Positions 45,333-55,707 are shown, counted from the stretch's first letter. The stretch: DNA of 64,000 nucleotides from an uncultured Actinomycetes bacterium (GCA_963742735.1 CAVUMN010000003.1:480001-544000); one strand, 5' to 3'. Made by a program: numbers and translations. The notes: generated by a model from the sequence alone, not told the origin.

Positions 45333-46387
45333 GCGGGCTGATCCTGGACCGGGTCTCCAAGTCGTTCGGGGACGTGGTCGCCCTGCGCGGGCTGGAGCTC
45401 GCGGCGGAGGAGGGGGAGCTGCTCGTCGTCGTGGGGCCCTCCGGGTGCGGGAAGACGACGGCCCTCCGCGTGGCCGCCGGGCTGGAGCGGCCGGACGCCG
45501 GCCGCGTGGTGATGGGCGAGCGGGACGTGACGAACCTGGCGCCGGCGAAGCGAAACGCCGCGATGGTGTTCCAGAGCTACGCGCTGTTCCCGCACCTGAC
45601 CGCGGGCGAGAACATCGGCTTCGGACTTCGGGCGCGGCGGATGCGGCGGGAGGAGGTCCAGCTGCGCGTGCGCGAGGCGGCGGCCCTCGTTCGGTGCGAG
45701 GAGGTCCTGGACCGCCACCCCTACGAGCTGTCCGGGGGGGAGCGGCAGCGGGTGGCGCTGGCCCGGGCGCTGGCCCGCCACCCGGACGTGTTCCTGCTCG
45801 ACGAGCCGCTGTCGAACCTCGACGCGCAGCTCCGCGTGGAGACGCGCGCGGAGATCGAGGCCCTCCATCGCCGGCTGGAGGCGACGATGCTCTACGTCAC
45901 CCACGACCAGGTCGAGGCGCTGACGATGGGGGACCGGGTCGCGGTCATGCGCGACGGCGCCGTGGAGCAGGTCGGCACCCCCGAGGACGTCTACGCGCAG
46001 CCGGTGAACAGGTTCGTCGCGAGCTTCATCGGCAGTCCGCGGATCAACGTCCTGCCGCTCACCCACCGGGCCGGCCGGTTCCACGCCGGGCCGTTCACCT
46101 TCGCGATGCGCGGGGCCGACGAGCGGCACGCGAAGCGCCCCCTGGAGCTGGGCATCCGACCCGAGCACTTCCAGATCTCGACCACCGACGGTCCGGCCGT
46201 GGCGACGGTGGCGCTCGTGGAGGTTGCCGGCCCCGAGACGTTCATCCATGTCGACGCCGGCGAGCATCGGCTGATCGTCCGGGCGTCCGGCCTCATGCGG
46301 CCGAAGCTCGGAAGCGAGCTGCGTCTGAGCGTCCGCCGGGCCAACACGCTGCTGTTCGACGCCGAGTCGGGCGAGACGCTGACGTGA
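45329..46387 (+). CDS. Sugar ABC transporter ATP-binding protein (MalK-like)
   Basis: GPSGCGKT, FQSYALFPH, LSGGERQR, DEPLSNLD, YVTHDQ. Confidence 0.93.
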   Translation: MSGLILDRVSKSFGDVVALRGLELAAEEGELLVVVGPSGCGKTTALRVAAGLERPDAGRVVMGERDVTNLAPAKRNAAMVFQSYALFPHLTAGENIGFGLRARRMRREEVQLRVREAAALVRCEEVLDRHPYELSGGERQRVALARALARHPDVFLLDEPLSNLDAQLRVETRAEIEALHRRLEATMLYVTHDQVEALTMGDRVAVMRDGAVEQVGTPEDVYAQPVNRFVASFIGSPRINVLPLTHRAGRFHAGPFTFAMRGADERHAKRPLELGIRPEHFQISTTDGPAVATVALVEVAGPETFIHVDAGEHRLIVRASGLMRPKLGSELRLSVRRANTLLFDAESGETLT

Positions 46388-47256
46388 GCGGACGCCGAGG
46401 GCTCGTGGTGATGCTCGCGCCGTACCTGCTCGGCCTGGCCGCGCTCGTCGTCGTTCCCGCGGTGATCACGTTCGGCCTGGCGTTCACGGAGTACGACCTG
46501 ATCCGGCCGCCGGACTTCGCCGGGATCTCGAACTTCACGTCGCTGTTCCGCGACGACGTGTTCCTGATCTCGCTGCGGAACTCGCTGACGTTCGCTGCCG
46601 TGGCCGTGCCCCTGCGGCTGCTCGGGGCGCTCGGGCTCGCGCTGCTGTTGCACCGGCGGTTCCGGGGTGTGGGGGCGTACCGGACGGCGGTGTACCTGCC
46701 GACGGTGGTCCCCGACATGGCCTACGCGCTGCTGTGGCTGTGGATCTTCAACCCGCTGTTCGGGCCGCTCAACCTGTTCCTCGGGTTGTTCGGGGACTTC
46801 TCGCCGAGGTGGCTCACCGACCCCACCTCCGCCCAGGCGGCCGTGATCATCATGAGCCTGTTCCAGATCGGGGAGGGGTTCCTGGTGGCCATGGTCACCC
46901 GCCAGGAGATCCCCGGAGAGCTGTACGAGCTCGCCACCACGGAGGGAGCCCGGCCCTGGCACGTGTTTCGGCGGGTGACGCTGCCGATGATGGCGCCGAC
47001 GCTCCTGCTGCTGCTGTTCCGGGACACCATCTTCTCGTTCCAGGCGAACTTCGTGCCGGCCCTGATCGTCACCGGCGGCGGCCCGCCGCCCTACGCGACT
47101 ACCTACCTCCCGCTCTTCGTGTACCGCAACGCCTTCGAGTACCTCCGCTACGGCTACGCGGCCGCCGCGACGCTGGCGATGTTCGTCGTGACGGGCGTCG
47201 TGGTCTACCTGCAGTGGCGCGTCGTCCGCCGCTGGCGTCGCAGCTTCGTGGTCTGA
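46384..47256 (+). CDS. Carbohydrate ABC transporter permease (MalF-like)
   Basis: YRTAVYLP, IPGELYELA..EGA, VTLPMM, GYAAA. Confidence 0.88.
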   Translation: MSGRRGLVVMLAPYLLGLAALVVVPAVITFGLAFTEYDLIRPPDFAGISNFTSLFRDDVFLISLRNSLTFAAVAVPLRLLGALGLALLLHRRFRGVGAYRTAVYLPTVVPDMAYALLWLWIFNPLFGPLNLFLGLFGDFSPRWLTDPTSAQAAVIIMSLFQIGEGFLVAMVTRQEIPGELYELATTEGARPWHVFRRVTLPMMAPTLLLLLFRDTIFSFQANFVPALIVTGGGPPPYATTYLPLFVYRNAFEYLRYGYAAAATLAMFVVTGVVVYLQWRVVRRWRRSFVV

Positions 47257-47261
47257 GCGCG

Positions 47262-47804
47262 ATGGGGGAGCCCGGCGAGCCCGAGCTCATCGGAGGCGAG
47301 GAGCGGGTGGGCATCACGATCGTGCCCTACGACCCCCGATGGCCGATCCGCTTCACGAGCGAGGCACGGCGGATCCGGGAGGCCCTCGGCGGCCGCGTCG
47401 CTCGCGTCGAACACATCGGGTCGACCTCCGTTCCGGGTCTGGCCGCGAAGCCGATCGTGGATATCCAGCTGGCCGTCGAGAACGCCGACGATGCGTCTGC
47501 ATACCTGCCGGAACTCGAGTCGGCGGGGTACGTGCTGCGGGTCCGCGAGCCCGGTCATCGAATGCTCCGGACGCCGGCGCGCGACGTGCACCTGCATGTG
47601 TGCTCCATCGGCAGCGACTGGGAACGACGACACCTCGTGTTCCGAGACTGGCTGCGTCACGACGAGGCCGATCGGACGCGCTACGAACGGGAGAAGGTGC
47701 GCCTCGCGGGGCAGGACTGGCCGACGATGAACGACTACGCCGATGCGAAGAGCGCGCTGATCGAGGAGATCATGTCCCGAGCGGAACGGTGGGCCTCCAG
47801 GTAG
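47262..47804 (+). CDS. GrpB family protein
   Basis: YDPRWP, EHIGSTSVPGLAAKPIVDI, HLHV, FRDWLR. Confidence 0.9.
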   Translation: MGEPGEPELIGGEERVGITIVPYDPRWPIRFTSEARRIREALGGRVARVEHIGSTSVPGLAAKPIVDIQLAVENADDASAYLPELESAGYVLRVREPGHRMLRTPARDVHLHVCSIGSDWERRHLVFRDWLRHDEADRTRYEREKVRLAGQDWPTMNDYADAKSALIEEIMSRAERWASR

Positions 47805-47815
47805 TCGGGCCGGTG

Positions 47816-49000
47816 TCAGCCGGGTCCCGGGAGCAGGTCGGCGACGGTCAGCTGTTCGGTGAGCAGCCGTCGGAAGTTGCCGGGGGCCGCGTCGATGAAG
47901 GACCGACAGAGACGCCTGCCGTCCGTATAGGCCGTGGTGTATGCACGCGAACCGGCGTCCGTCAGGAACCCCACGGTCTTCGCGGCGCGCTCGGCGGACT
48001 CCAGGGACCATTCCTGGAGGTACGCCTCGGCTTCCGCCGTGCTGATGCCGTCCTCGTGCAGCATGCGGGCGGCGTTCGTCGCGGCCTCGAACAGGCGCGC
48101 TTCCTCGGCGTCGACGACCTCCGCGACCTCGGGATCGATGCGGACCCCCAGGTCGCCGGCCTCCTCGAGCAGGGCGCGGAGCCCGCCGTCGGCCGTGGCC
48201 ATCTCCAGCGCGTTGGTCGCGATCCCTTCGGCGATCATCGCCTCGGGGGCCGAGACGATGGCCACCGAGGTCTCCAGACGTGATCCGTCCCGGTACAGCT
48301 GGGCCTCCTTGCACGCTCGCTCGGTGTGATGGCCCGGGTAGGCCTCGTGGGCGACGGTGGCGATGAGCGAGAGCAGGGAGATCGGCAGGTCCTCGTTGAC
48401 CTGCACCAAGCTGCGCAGGTCCCCGCGATAGTCGTTGAACGCCCGCCACGGACGGTCGGTGACGGCCTCGAAGTCGACCCGCTCGCCCGGTGGGAGCGCG
48501 ACGATGTCGGTCGTTCGGCGCCGGAGCGCGCCCCGGAGCGCCTCGATCGATTGCGGCATCGTCTCCCGAGGCAGGTTCCCGGCGTCGAGCCAGGCGTTGT
48601 AGCGCGAACGCAGGTCGCCGTTCCCGGGGAGAACCTCGTCGAGCGCTCGGTGGCTCGCCCGGAAGGCCTCCTCGTCCACGTGCCGCGGCCGGATCCCGAA
48701 GCACCGCTCGACCTCGTCGGACCAGGCGATCTCGTCGCCGGCCAGGCGAGACGCGACGCACTCGACCCCGCGAAGCTGGCCGGTCAGCCACCGAACCCGG
48801 TCGGGCTCGACGTCGGAGGTCGGGAGGCCCTCCAGGAGCGCGACGGCCTCCTCGCGCAGGATCTCGGGATCCACGGGCCCCTCCGCCTGGATCCGTCTCC
48901 GAAGCTCGGGCGGCCCGACGTAGGCATCGACGAACCCGTCGACGTGCGCATCCATCCGCAGGCAGAGTGCGACATACCGCTCGATCACGGGCCCGCTCAC
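47816..49000 (-). CDS. DUF885-like zincin-fold protein
   Basis: VDAYVGP, HEAYPGHH, EGIA. Confidence 0.7.
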   Translation of the reverse strand: MSGPVIERYVALCLRMDAHVDGFVDAYVGPPELRRRIQAEGPVDPEILREEAVALLEGLPTSDVEPDRVRWLTGQLRGVECVASRLAGDEIAWSDEVERCFGIRPRHVDEEAFRASHRALDEVLPGNGDLRSRYNAWLDAGNLPRETMPQSIEALRGALRRRTTDIVALPPGERVDFEAVTDRPWRAFNDYRGDLRSLVQVNEDLPISLLSLIATVAHEAYPGHHTERACKEAQLYRDGSRLETSVAIVSAPEAMIAEGIATNALEMATADGGLRALLEEAGDLGVRIDPEVAEVVDAEEARLFEAATNAARMLHEDGISTAEAEAYLQEWSLESAERAAKTVGFLTDAGSRAYTTAYTDGRRLCRSFIDAAPGNFRRLLTEQLTVADLLPGPG

Positions 49001-49050
49001 GGGCGAAGTGTAGGGACCCGCGGTGTAGGGGGCCGGACGTGTCTCCGCAG

Positions 49051-50037
49051 CTACCGGGTCCTGGTGAATCGCCGGAACCCGATCGTTGCCGCGGCTGCGA
49101 GGACGGCGGCCACCAGGGGGCGAGAGATCGGCGGCCCGATCAAGCTTCGATCATGGGCCCGGGCGTCGAACCGCCCGCGCGCTTCGACGTCGGCATGCAC
49201 CGGCTCCCAGAGATTCGCCGGCGCCGACGGATCGGCGGGCTCATCCGCCTGCTGGGAGCGGTACCCCGTCCGGCCGAGATATCGATCCAGCAACCCCGGG
49301 GCGACTCGGTTCGCGAGGATGGTGGCGGCCGTCGGGGCCCCGACCCACACCTCCTTTCGGGGATGCTCGGCGGCCCAGACGATCGCCCGGGCCGCGACCT
49401 CCGGTTGGTAGATCGGCGGGACCGGCCGAGACCGCTTCGGCAACCGCGAGAGGACCCAGTCGAACTGGGGCGTGTTCACGGCGGGAAGGTGCACCTGAAC
49501 GATCCGGATCCCGCTGTGATCGTGGATCAGCTCGGTGCGTACCGAGTCGGTGAACCCTCGAACCGCGTGCTTCGCGCCGCAGTAGGCGGACTGCAGCGGG
49601 ATGGCCCGGTACGCCAGCGCCGAACCGACCTGGACGATGACGCCCCGGTCTCGCGGGCGCATGCGGCGCAGGGCCGACATCGTCCCGTGGACGACGCCCA
49701 GGTAGGTGACGTGGGTCACCCGCTCGAACTCCTCGGGCTCGACCTCCACGAACGGCGCGAACACCGACGTCATCGCGTTGTTGATCCAGACGTCGATCGG
49801 CCCCAGCTCGGCCTCCACCCGGTCCGCCGCCGCCTCGACCTGGTCGAACTCGGCGACGTCGGTCGGAACCGCGAGCGAACGAACGCCGGAAGCCTCGAGC
49901 TCCTTCGCGGTCGCATGAAGACGTTCGCTGTCCCGCGCCAGGATCGCCACGTCGGCGCCTCGTTCGGCGCAGCGGCGGGCGACGCCTCGTCCGACGCCGG
50001 CGGATCCCCCGGCCACGAGCACGACGCGTCGTTCCAT
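49051..50037 (-). CDS. Short-chain dehydrogenase/reductase
   Basis: GGSAGVG, NNA, YCGAK, PPIYQPEVAA. Confidence 0.9.
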   Translation of the reverse strand: MERRVVLVAGGSAGVGRGVARRCAERGADVAILARDSERLHATAKELEASGVRSLAVPTDVAEFDQVEAAADRVEAELGPIDVWINNAMTSVFAPFVEVEPEEFERVTHVTYLGVVHGTMSALRRMRPRDRGVIVQVGSALAYRAIPLQSAYCGAKHAVRGFTDSVRTELIHDHSGIRIVQVHLPAVNTPQFDWVLSRLPKRSRPVPPIYQPEVAARAIVWAAEHPRKEVWVGAPTAATILANRVAPGLLDRYLGRTGYRSQQADEPADPSAPANLWEPVHADVEARGRFDARAHDRSLIGPPISRPLVAAVLAAAATIGFRRFTRTR

Positions 50038-50077
50038 CCCCGCGTTTCTACCCAGGTTCGCGGGTAGTACCTCTCAC

Positions 50078-51922
50078 GTGGAGCAAGCAATACAGCCACC
50101 GATCGGCGACTACGCGCTCATCGGGGACACCCGCGCGGCCGCCCTGTCGTCCACGAGCGGATCCATCGACTGGCTGTGCCTGCCACGGATGGACTCCGAC
50201 GCGGTCTTCGGCCGCCTGGTGGGGGGTCCCGACACCGGGCACTTCTCGATCACGCCAACGGGTGTGCGGGAAGTTCGCCGTCGGTACCGCGAGGACTCGG
50301 CGATCCTCGAGACGACCTGGACGACGGAGTCCGGCGAGGTCGTCCTGACCGAGGGCATGGTGCTCGACGTCAGCTCGTCGCTGATGCCTCAGATGGCGTT
50401 GGTTCGCCGGCTCGAGTTTCGGGGCGGACCCGCTCGCGTCCGGATCGAGTTCTCGCCGCGCTTCGGTCTCCCCGGCCCACGGCCCCGGGTTCGTCTCGCC
50501 GGGAGCTCCGTCGTGTGCACGCGAGGCGGGGTCGCGCTGTCGATGCAGACGTCGACGGGGAAGACGGTGGAACCGGAGGTCACGCACGAGTGGACGCTCG
50601 GTCCCGAACCGGCCGTGTTCGTTCTCGGCATGACCGATCGCCAGCCGCTCGTCTTCGTGGATCCATCCAGGGCGTGGCGCGAGCTCGAAGCGTGCGACGG
50701 GTGGTGGCGCGAGTGGTGCCGTGACATCGACTACGACGGCCCGTTTCGCGAGTTGGTGATGCGCAGCCTCGTCACGATGAGACTCCTGACCTACTCACCC
50801 TCCGGCGCGCCGGTGGCCGCGCCCACCACCTCCCTGCCCGAGGTGATCGGGGGCGATCGCAACTGGGACTATCGCCTGTCGTGGCCGAGGGATGCCGGGA
50901 TCGGGATCTCCGCGTTCCTCCAAGCCGGTCTGCGGGAGGAGGCGGACGCCTACCTGCACTGGCTCGCGCATGCGTCCCGTCTGAGCCGTCCGCGGCTGGA
51001 GGTGCTCTATTCGCTCCTCGGCCGGCCGGGACCGGACGAACGCGAGGTCCCCGACGTCACCGGCTATCGGGGAAGCCTGCCGGTACGGATCGGGAACGCC
51101 GCCTCCTCACAGCAGCAGCTCGACGTGTATGGATGGGTGCTCGACGCGGTCCGCGCCATGTCGGAGCATCCGCAGGGTCTCGATCCCGCGATCTGGAGAT
51201 CGATGGCGCCCTTCGCCGATTACGTCACCAGGCACTGGGGGGACGAGGACTCGGGGATCTGGGAACGACGAGACCGGCCCGCCCACTTCGTCCACTCGAA
51301 GGCGTGGGCCTGGCTCGCCCTCGATCGCGCGCTCGCGATCGCGTCGCGACATCCGGTTCGGGCATCGCGTGCCCGCCGATGGGCGCGCGCCCTCGACGCG
51401 ATCGCCGCCGACGTCCGTGCTCGCGGGTTCGACACGGAGCGGAACACGTACGTGCGCGAGTACGGCCGCCCCGAGGTGGACGCCGCCCTGCTGCTCCTGG
51501 CGGGAAGCGGCTTCGAGCCCGATGCGGCGCGCCTGGCGGGGACGGTCGCGGCGGTCCGTCGCGAGCTGGGGGCGGGTGGATCCCTGCTGTTCCGACACCT
51601 TCCGGACTCGGGAGACCCGGTCCCGCGCGAGGGAGCGTTCGTCGCGTGCTCTTTCTGGCTGGCGCAGGCCCTGGCGCATCTCGGCCGGCTCGACGAGGCG
51701 GCCGAGGTCATGGAGGACGTCGGTGGCAGGGCGAACGAGGTCGGCCTCTTCGCCGAACAGCTCGAACCGTCGACGGGCGAGCACCTCGGCAACTTCCCAC
51801 AGGTGCTGAGTCATTCCGCGCTCGTGCAGGCCGCCGTCACGCTCGGAGCGGAACGAGGGGAGGCTCCTACCGCGGCTGGAGGAACCCGCCGAGGATCGCC
51901 CCGTAGAGGACGTGGGCGATGA
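50078..51922 (+). CDS. Glycoside hydrolase family 15 (glucoamylase/trehalase-like)
   Basis: IGDYALIGD, AAPTTSLPE, NWDYR..WPRD, QLDVYG, GNFPQ. Confidence 0.9.
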   Translation: MEQAIQPPIGDYALIGDTRAAALSSTSGSIDWLCLPRMDSDAVFGRLVGGPDTGHFSITPTGVREVRRRYREDSAILETTWTTESGEVVLTEGMVLDVSSSLMPQMALVRRLEFRGGPARVRIEFSPRFGLPGPRPRVRLAGSSVVCTRGGVALSMQTSTGKTVEPEVTHEWTLGPEPAVFVLGMTDRQPLVFVDPSRAWRELEACDGWWREWCRDIDYDGPFRELVMRSLVTMRLLTYSPSGAPVAAPTTSLPEVIGGDRNWDYRLSWPRDAGIGISAFLQAGLREEADAYLHWLAHASRLSRPRLEVLYSLLGRPGPDEREVPDVTGYRGSLPVRIGNAASSQQQLDVYGWVLDAVRAMSEHPQGLDPAIWRSMAPFADYVTRHWGDEDSGIWERRDRPAHFVHSKAWAWLALDRALAIASRHPVRASRARRWARALDAIAADVRARGFDTERNTYVREYGRPEVDAALLLLAGSGFEPDAARLAGTVAAVRRELGAGGSLLFRHLPDSGDPVPREGAFVACSFWLAQALAHLGRLDEAAEVMEDVGGRANEVGLFAEQLEPSTGEHLGNFPQVLSHSALVQAAVTLGAERGEAPTAAGGTRRGSPRRGRGR

Positions 51923-52343
51923 AGGCGACCGCCGGAGTCTGCAACCCGTAGTTCAGCCCCAGCAGGCCGGGTGGCTCCAGCACGGCTCCGAGCCCGGGAC
52001 CGGCCCGCTCGGTGGCCATCCGGGGATGGACCCCCCCCACGAGCGGGACGATCACGGTGAGCGCCACCAGGCCGTGTACGGCGCCGAAGGCCGCGCCCAG
52101 CATCCAGGTCGCGCTGCCGATCAGCGAGAACGCCGCCGCGTAGACGAGGGCGAAGGTCTGGCCGGCGCCCAGATGGAGGAAGAAGCCGACCACTCGTGCG
52201 CGATCGATCGGCGCGACGAAGGCCGAGCCGAGCATGAGGGGGATATCGAGCCGGGACCAGCCGGCCAGCTGGGCGCCGACCATCACCGCGGTCAGGACGA
52301 CCGTGGCGATGAACCCGAAGGTGGCCCAGCCCGCCCAGTCCAT
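51867..52343 (-). CDS. Hypothetical membrane protein
   Basis: Four TM segments; HPRM...LEPPG..GLNYG motif. Confidence 0.75.
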   Translation of the reverse strand: MDWAGWATFGFIATVVLTAVMVGAQLAGWSRLDIPLMLGSAFVAPIDRARVVGFFLHLGAGQTFALVYAAAFSLIGSATWMLGAAFGAVHGLVALTVIVPLVGGVHPRMATERAGPGLGAVLEPPGLLGLNYGLQTPAVAFIAHVLYGAILGGFLQPR

Positions 52344-52420
52344 GGCCCCGCGTAGATACCCAGCAGCCCCGGGCTGTACGCTCGGGGAGCGGGGCCATCG
52401 CTCGACGAAAGGGAGGTTCG

Positions 52421-53230
52421 ATGCCCCTGTACATGGATCGCCACGAGCTGCCGGGCGCGACGGCCGAGGAGGTCGCGGCGGCGCACATCCGCGACCTCGA
52501 GGTCCAGCCGAAGTACGGGGTCCGGTACATCTCCTACTGGTACGACGACGGGGCGGGATCCGTGTTCTGCCTGGCGGAGGGGCCCAGCATGGAGGCCATC
52601 AGCGCGGTCCACGCCGAGGCCCACGGGCTCGTCGCGAACAAGATCATCGAGGTGGACCACCGCGCGGTCGCCCAGTTCCTCGGGAGGATCCACGAGCCCG
52701 CCCCGGGAGAGCCGTACGCCGAGACCGCCTTCCGCACGATCCTGTTCACCGACATCGAGGGTTCCACCAGCCTCACGCAGCGACTGGGTGACGCGGGCGC
52801 CATGCGGGTCCTGCACGCCCACGACACGGCCGTGCGCGAGTCGCTGCGGGCGCGCGACGGGCACGAGGTCAAGCACACCGGCGACGGCATCATGGCCGCC
52901 TTTCACTCGGTCGCTCGTGGCATCGAGTGCGCTATCGACGTCCAGCGCCGGCTCGCCGAGCACAACGACACCGACGAGATTCCCATCGGGGTTCGGATCG
53001 GCGTGTCGGCCGGCGAGCCGGTGACCGAGTACGACGACCTGTTCGGCGCCGTCGTGCAGCTCGCGGCCCGTCTCTGCGCCAGCGCCGGGACCGGGGGCAT
53101 CTACGTATCGAACGCCGTGCGCGAGCTGGCCCTCGGCAAGGGGTTCACGTTCGAGGACCGCGGCCGGGTCGAGCTCAAGGGCTTCGACGAGCCCGTCCAG
53201 CTCCACGAGGTGCTCTGGCAGACGGCCTAA
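52421..53230 (+). CDS. DUF4242 (SCO4226-like) domain fused to class III nucleotide cyclase
   Basis: MPLYMDRH..AH..DL.VQ..YGV...VFCL.EGP...VH..AHG; FTDIEGST, KHTGDG, DLFG..V.LAAR, LKGF. Confidence 0.85.
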   Translation: MPLYMDRHELPGATAEEVAAAHIRDLEVQPKYGVRYISYWYDDGAGSVFCLAEGPSMEAISAVHAEAHGLVANKIIEVDHRAVAQFLGRIHEPAPGEPYAETAFRTILFTDIEGSTSLTQRLGDAGAMRVLHAHDTAVRESLRARDGHEVKHTGDGIMAAFHSVARGIECAIDVQRRLAEHNDTDEIPIGVRIGVSAGEPVTEYDDLFGAVVQLAARLCASAGTGGIYVSNAVRELALGKGFTFEDRGRVELKGFDEPVQLHEVLWQTA

Positions 53231-53236
53231 CGCTCG

Positions 53237-53569
53237 TCAGGCTTCGGCGGCGGGCCAGTTCGCCACGGTGGGGTGGTCCTTGTCGACCGGACCGATCTGC
53301 GCTGCCCCCCCGGGTGAGCCGATGCCACTGATCTCTTCGTTGAAGAACTCGGCGTTGATCGGCGTGAACTCTTTCCAGTCCTTGGGGACGTCGTCCTCGG
53401 CGAAGATCGCGGTCACCGGGCACACGGGCTCGCACGCGGCGCAGTCGATGCACTCGTCGGGGTGGATGTAGAGCATCCGCCCGCCCTCGTAGATGCAGTC
53501 GACGGGACACTCGTCGACGCACGCCAGGTCCTTCACGTCGATACAGGGTTCGCAGATCGTGTAGGTCAT
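53237..53569 (-). CDS. fdxA: Dicluster ferredoxin (FdxA type)
   Basis: PCIDVKDLACVDECPVDCIY, ECIDCAACEPVCPV. Confidence 0.9.
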   Translation of the reverse strand: MTYTICEPCIDVKDLACVDECPVDCIYEGGRMLYIHPDECIDCAACEPVCPVTAIFAEDDVPKDWKEFTPINAEFFNEEISGIGSPGGAAQIGPVDKDHPTVANWPAAEA

Positions 53570-53660
53570 CGCCATCCCTCCGAGCAGGGTCCGCACATGA
53601 TCACTACCCCGGGATCGGCGAAACGAACACCGACACGAGGTAACTGCCCGTGGCGGACCG

Positions 53661-54568
53661 TTACGACGTGGCGAGGGTGTCGAGGATCTGCTCGAGCGCG
53701 TCGATGACCGCTTGCGGCCGAACCACCTGGATCTCGTGTCCGGCGCCGGGGACCGTTTTGCGCAAGCCCGCAGCCGACTTGTCGGCGAGCTCCTGCTGCG
53801 CGGCGGCCCAGAGCTCGTCGATCGTCGTCGCGAGGTCGGGTGGCAATCCCAACCGGCGTTCCCCAGAGGTCCCGGCGGTCAGCACCACCAGCGGCCGGTT
53901 CCCGAAGAGCGGTCCGGGCGTGTCGAGCGCGGCGGCCGCCAGCTCGAGGCTGGTGCGGATATGGAGGTGTTCGGGGTTCTGGGATGGGTCGATCTCGAAG
54001 GTCTCGAAGCTCTCGCGGAGGTCCGTGAGGCTGGCAGGTTCGTCCTCGGCCGGCGGCGGTAGTGCGTCGCGCAGCCTCTCGGAGAAGTGGGGACTCTCCG
54101 GGTCGACGAAGAGCAGGCCGACGACGTCGCCCGGGTACGCCTGCGTGAACAGGATCGCGACCGACGCGCCATACGAGTGTGCTGCGATCACGAAGGGCCC
54201 GCTGATGCCGGCCGCATCGAGCAGCGCGCGAAGGTCGGCGACCTGGTCCGAGGCGGTGCGCGAAGCCTCCGCGGGCGGCTCGCTCTGCCCCAGACCGGCG
54301 CGGTCGTAGGCGCACAGCCGATGGGTCGACTGCATCTCGGGCAAGATCTCGGCCCACGTGAGGTAGTCCCCCCCGCCCCCCGGCCTCGAGCAGGATCGTC
54401 GGTTCGCCCGTGTCGGTCGGGCCGACGCACACCAGATGCATGGTCCGACCGCCGACGTCGACGTCGGCTTCGATCTCGGTCGAAGTGCTCGCACTGGGCG
54501 AGGGCGCGGTCGAGGGGGGCGGCAACGACCACGGACAACAAGACCAAGCCGAATGGACGGGGACGCAT
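53661..54568 (-). CDS. Secreted alpha/beta hydrolase, with apparent indels (about 54370-54510)
   Basis: VDVGGRTMHLVC.G...PTILLEAG in one frame; YDRAGLGQS, HSYG, GHEI in another; homopolymer run at the junction. Confidence 0.75.
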
Positions 54569-54957
54569 GCGGGCGAAGTGTAACCGGGGTCCAACCGAGT
54601 AGCCCTAACCCGAGCCTATTCGAACCGTGACGTTCAGGACCGAATCGCGCGGCTATCCCGGCTCGCGTCACCCGGTGGTGCTGGGAATGTGAAGATTACC
54701 GACAGGAGTGGGACATCCCGCGGGCTCCAACGCTAGCGTTCGGGCTAGTGGCATCTTCTTCGCGGCGAGACCGGACAACCTTCTACATTTGGGCTGCGGG
54801 TTCGGTTGCCTGGGAAGCCTTGGCCGTGTGGCTCCTGGCGCCTTCTACGACGACGAGGCACCGGACTGCGATCATTACGTCTCGAACGAACACACGACGT
54901 CAACATTCCGGACTTTTGATGACCGGAATTCCAATGCTTAAGCCGGGGGCGTTTCTG

Positions 54958-55485
54958 ATGCGAAGGATCATCCTCGCGACGGCCGCGCTCACGATGTTGG
55001 CCTCTTCATGCGGTGGCCTCGGTACCGAGGTGGAAACCAATGCCGAGTCAAGCCCATCGCCAGAGGCAAGCCCCCTCCAGCCAACGCCGCTTACGTCGAC
55101 GGTTTATCTCGATCCGCTGAACCGCCTGACTTTCTCCCCTCCCGAGGAGGATGCCGTGGCGAAGCTCAGCCCAAGTGAAGCGGTAGCAGAATTCAAGGCA
55201 CAGAACTCGGAGTTCGCGGGCGTCCCCGACGACGGGAAGGCGTATTTGGGCCGTTACACGGCCTGGACTGGCGGAAAGGAATTTCGGTATGACCACCATC
55301 TCGCATGGGGAATAACGTGGCGGAACTGCGCTAGGGGCGGGGCGCTGTTCCCTGATTCCAAGTCGACGTCTCCCGCGACTGCCACGCCTTCTCCGTCCAG
55401 CTCTCCGCCATGCACCTTCTGGCTGTTCCTCGATGCGAACACTGGCGAGATGCTCGAAGCGACCTGGCAGACAAATACCGACTAG
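54958..55485 (+). CDS. Hypothetical lipoprotein with lower GC
   Basis: MRRIILATAALTMLASSC lipobox; C-terminal FLDANTGE (PepSY-like) motif. Confidence 0.65.
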   Translation: MRRIILATAALTMLASSCGGLGTEVETNAESSPSPEASPLQPTPLTSTVYLDPLNRLTFSPPEEDAVAKLSPSEAVAEFKAQNSEFAGVPDDGKAYLGRYTAWTGGKEFRYDHHLAWGITWRNCARGGALFPDSKSTSPATATPSPSSSPPCTFWLFLDANTGEMLEATWQTNTD

Positions 55486-55634
55486 TCGTTGGCTAGGCAT
55501 CGAGTCGATAGGCCGGAACATGCGCCGACATGTGCGACGCTTAGCGGTGGTCCCTTAGCCAAAGGTTGAACGCTCGATCGAACACGATCGAAACCCGCGA
55601 AGTTGGCTTCGGCAAGCCAAGCAAGCCAACCCAG

Positions 55635-55707
55635 TAGTCCCAACGGGGTTCGAACCCGTGTCTCCACCTTGAGAGGGTGGTGTCCTAGGCCTCTAGACGA
55701 TGGGACC
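55635..55707 (-). tRNA. tRNA-Glu (CTC)
   Basis: GGTCCCA...TGGGACT acceptor stem; CCACC-CT-CTC-AA-GGTGG anticodon arm; GGTTCGAACC T arm; CCA not encoded. Confidence 0.97.

Noticed and set aside
54360-54390. Poly-C/G tract in the hydrolase as a contingency locus
   Set aside because: Homopolymer miscalls are the simplest explanation, and the gene has additional indels.
55569-55595. LexA SOS box (TCGAACACGATCGA)
   Set aside because: Spacing and right half do not fit CGAAC-N4-GTTCG, and no gene start follows.
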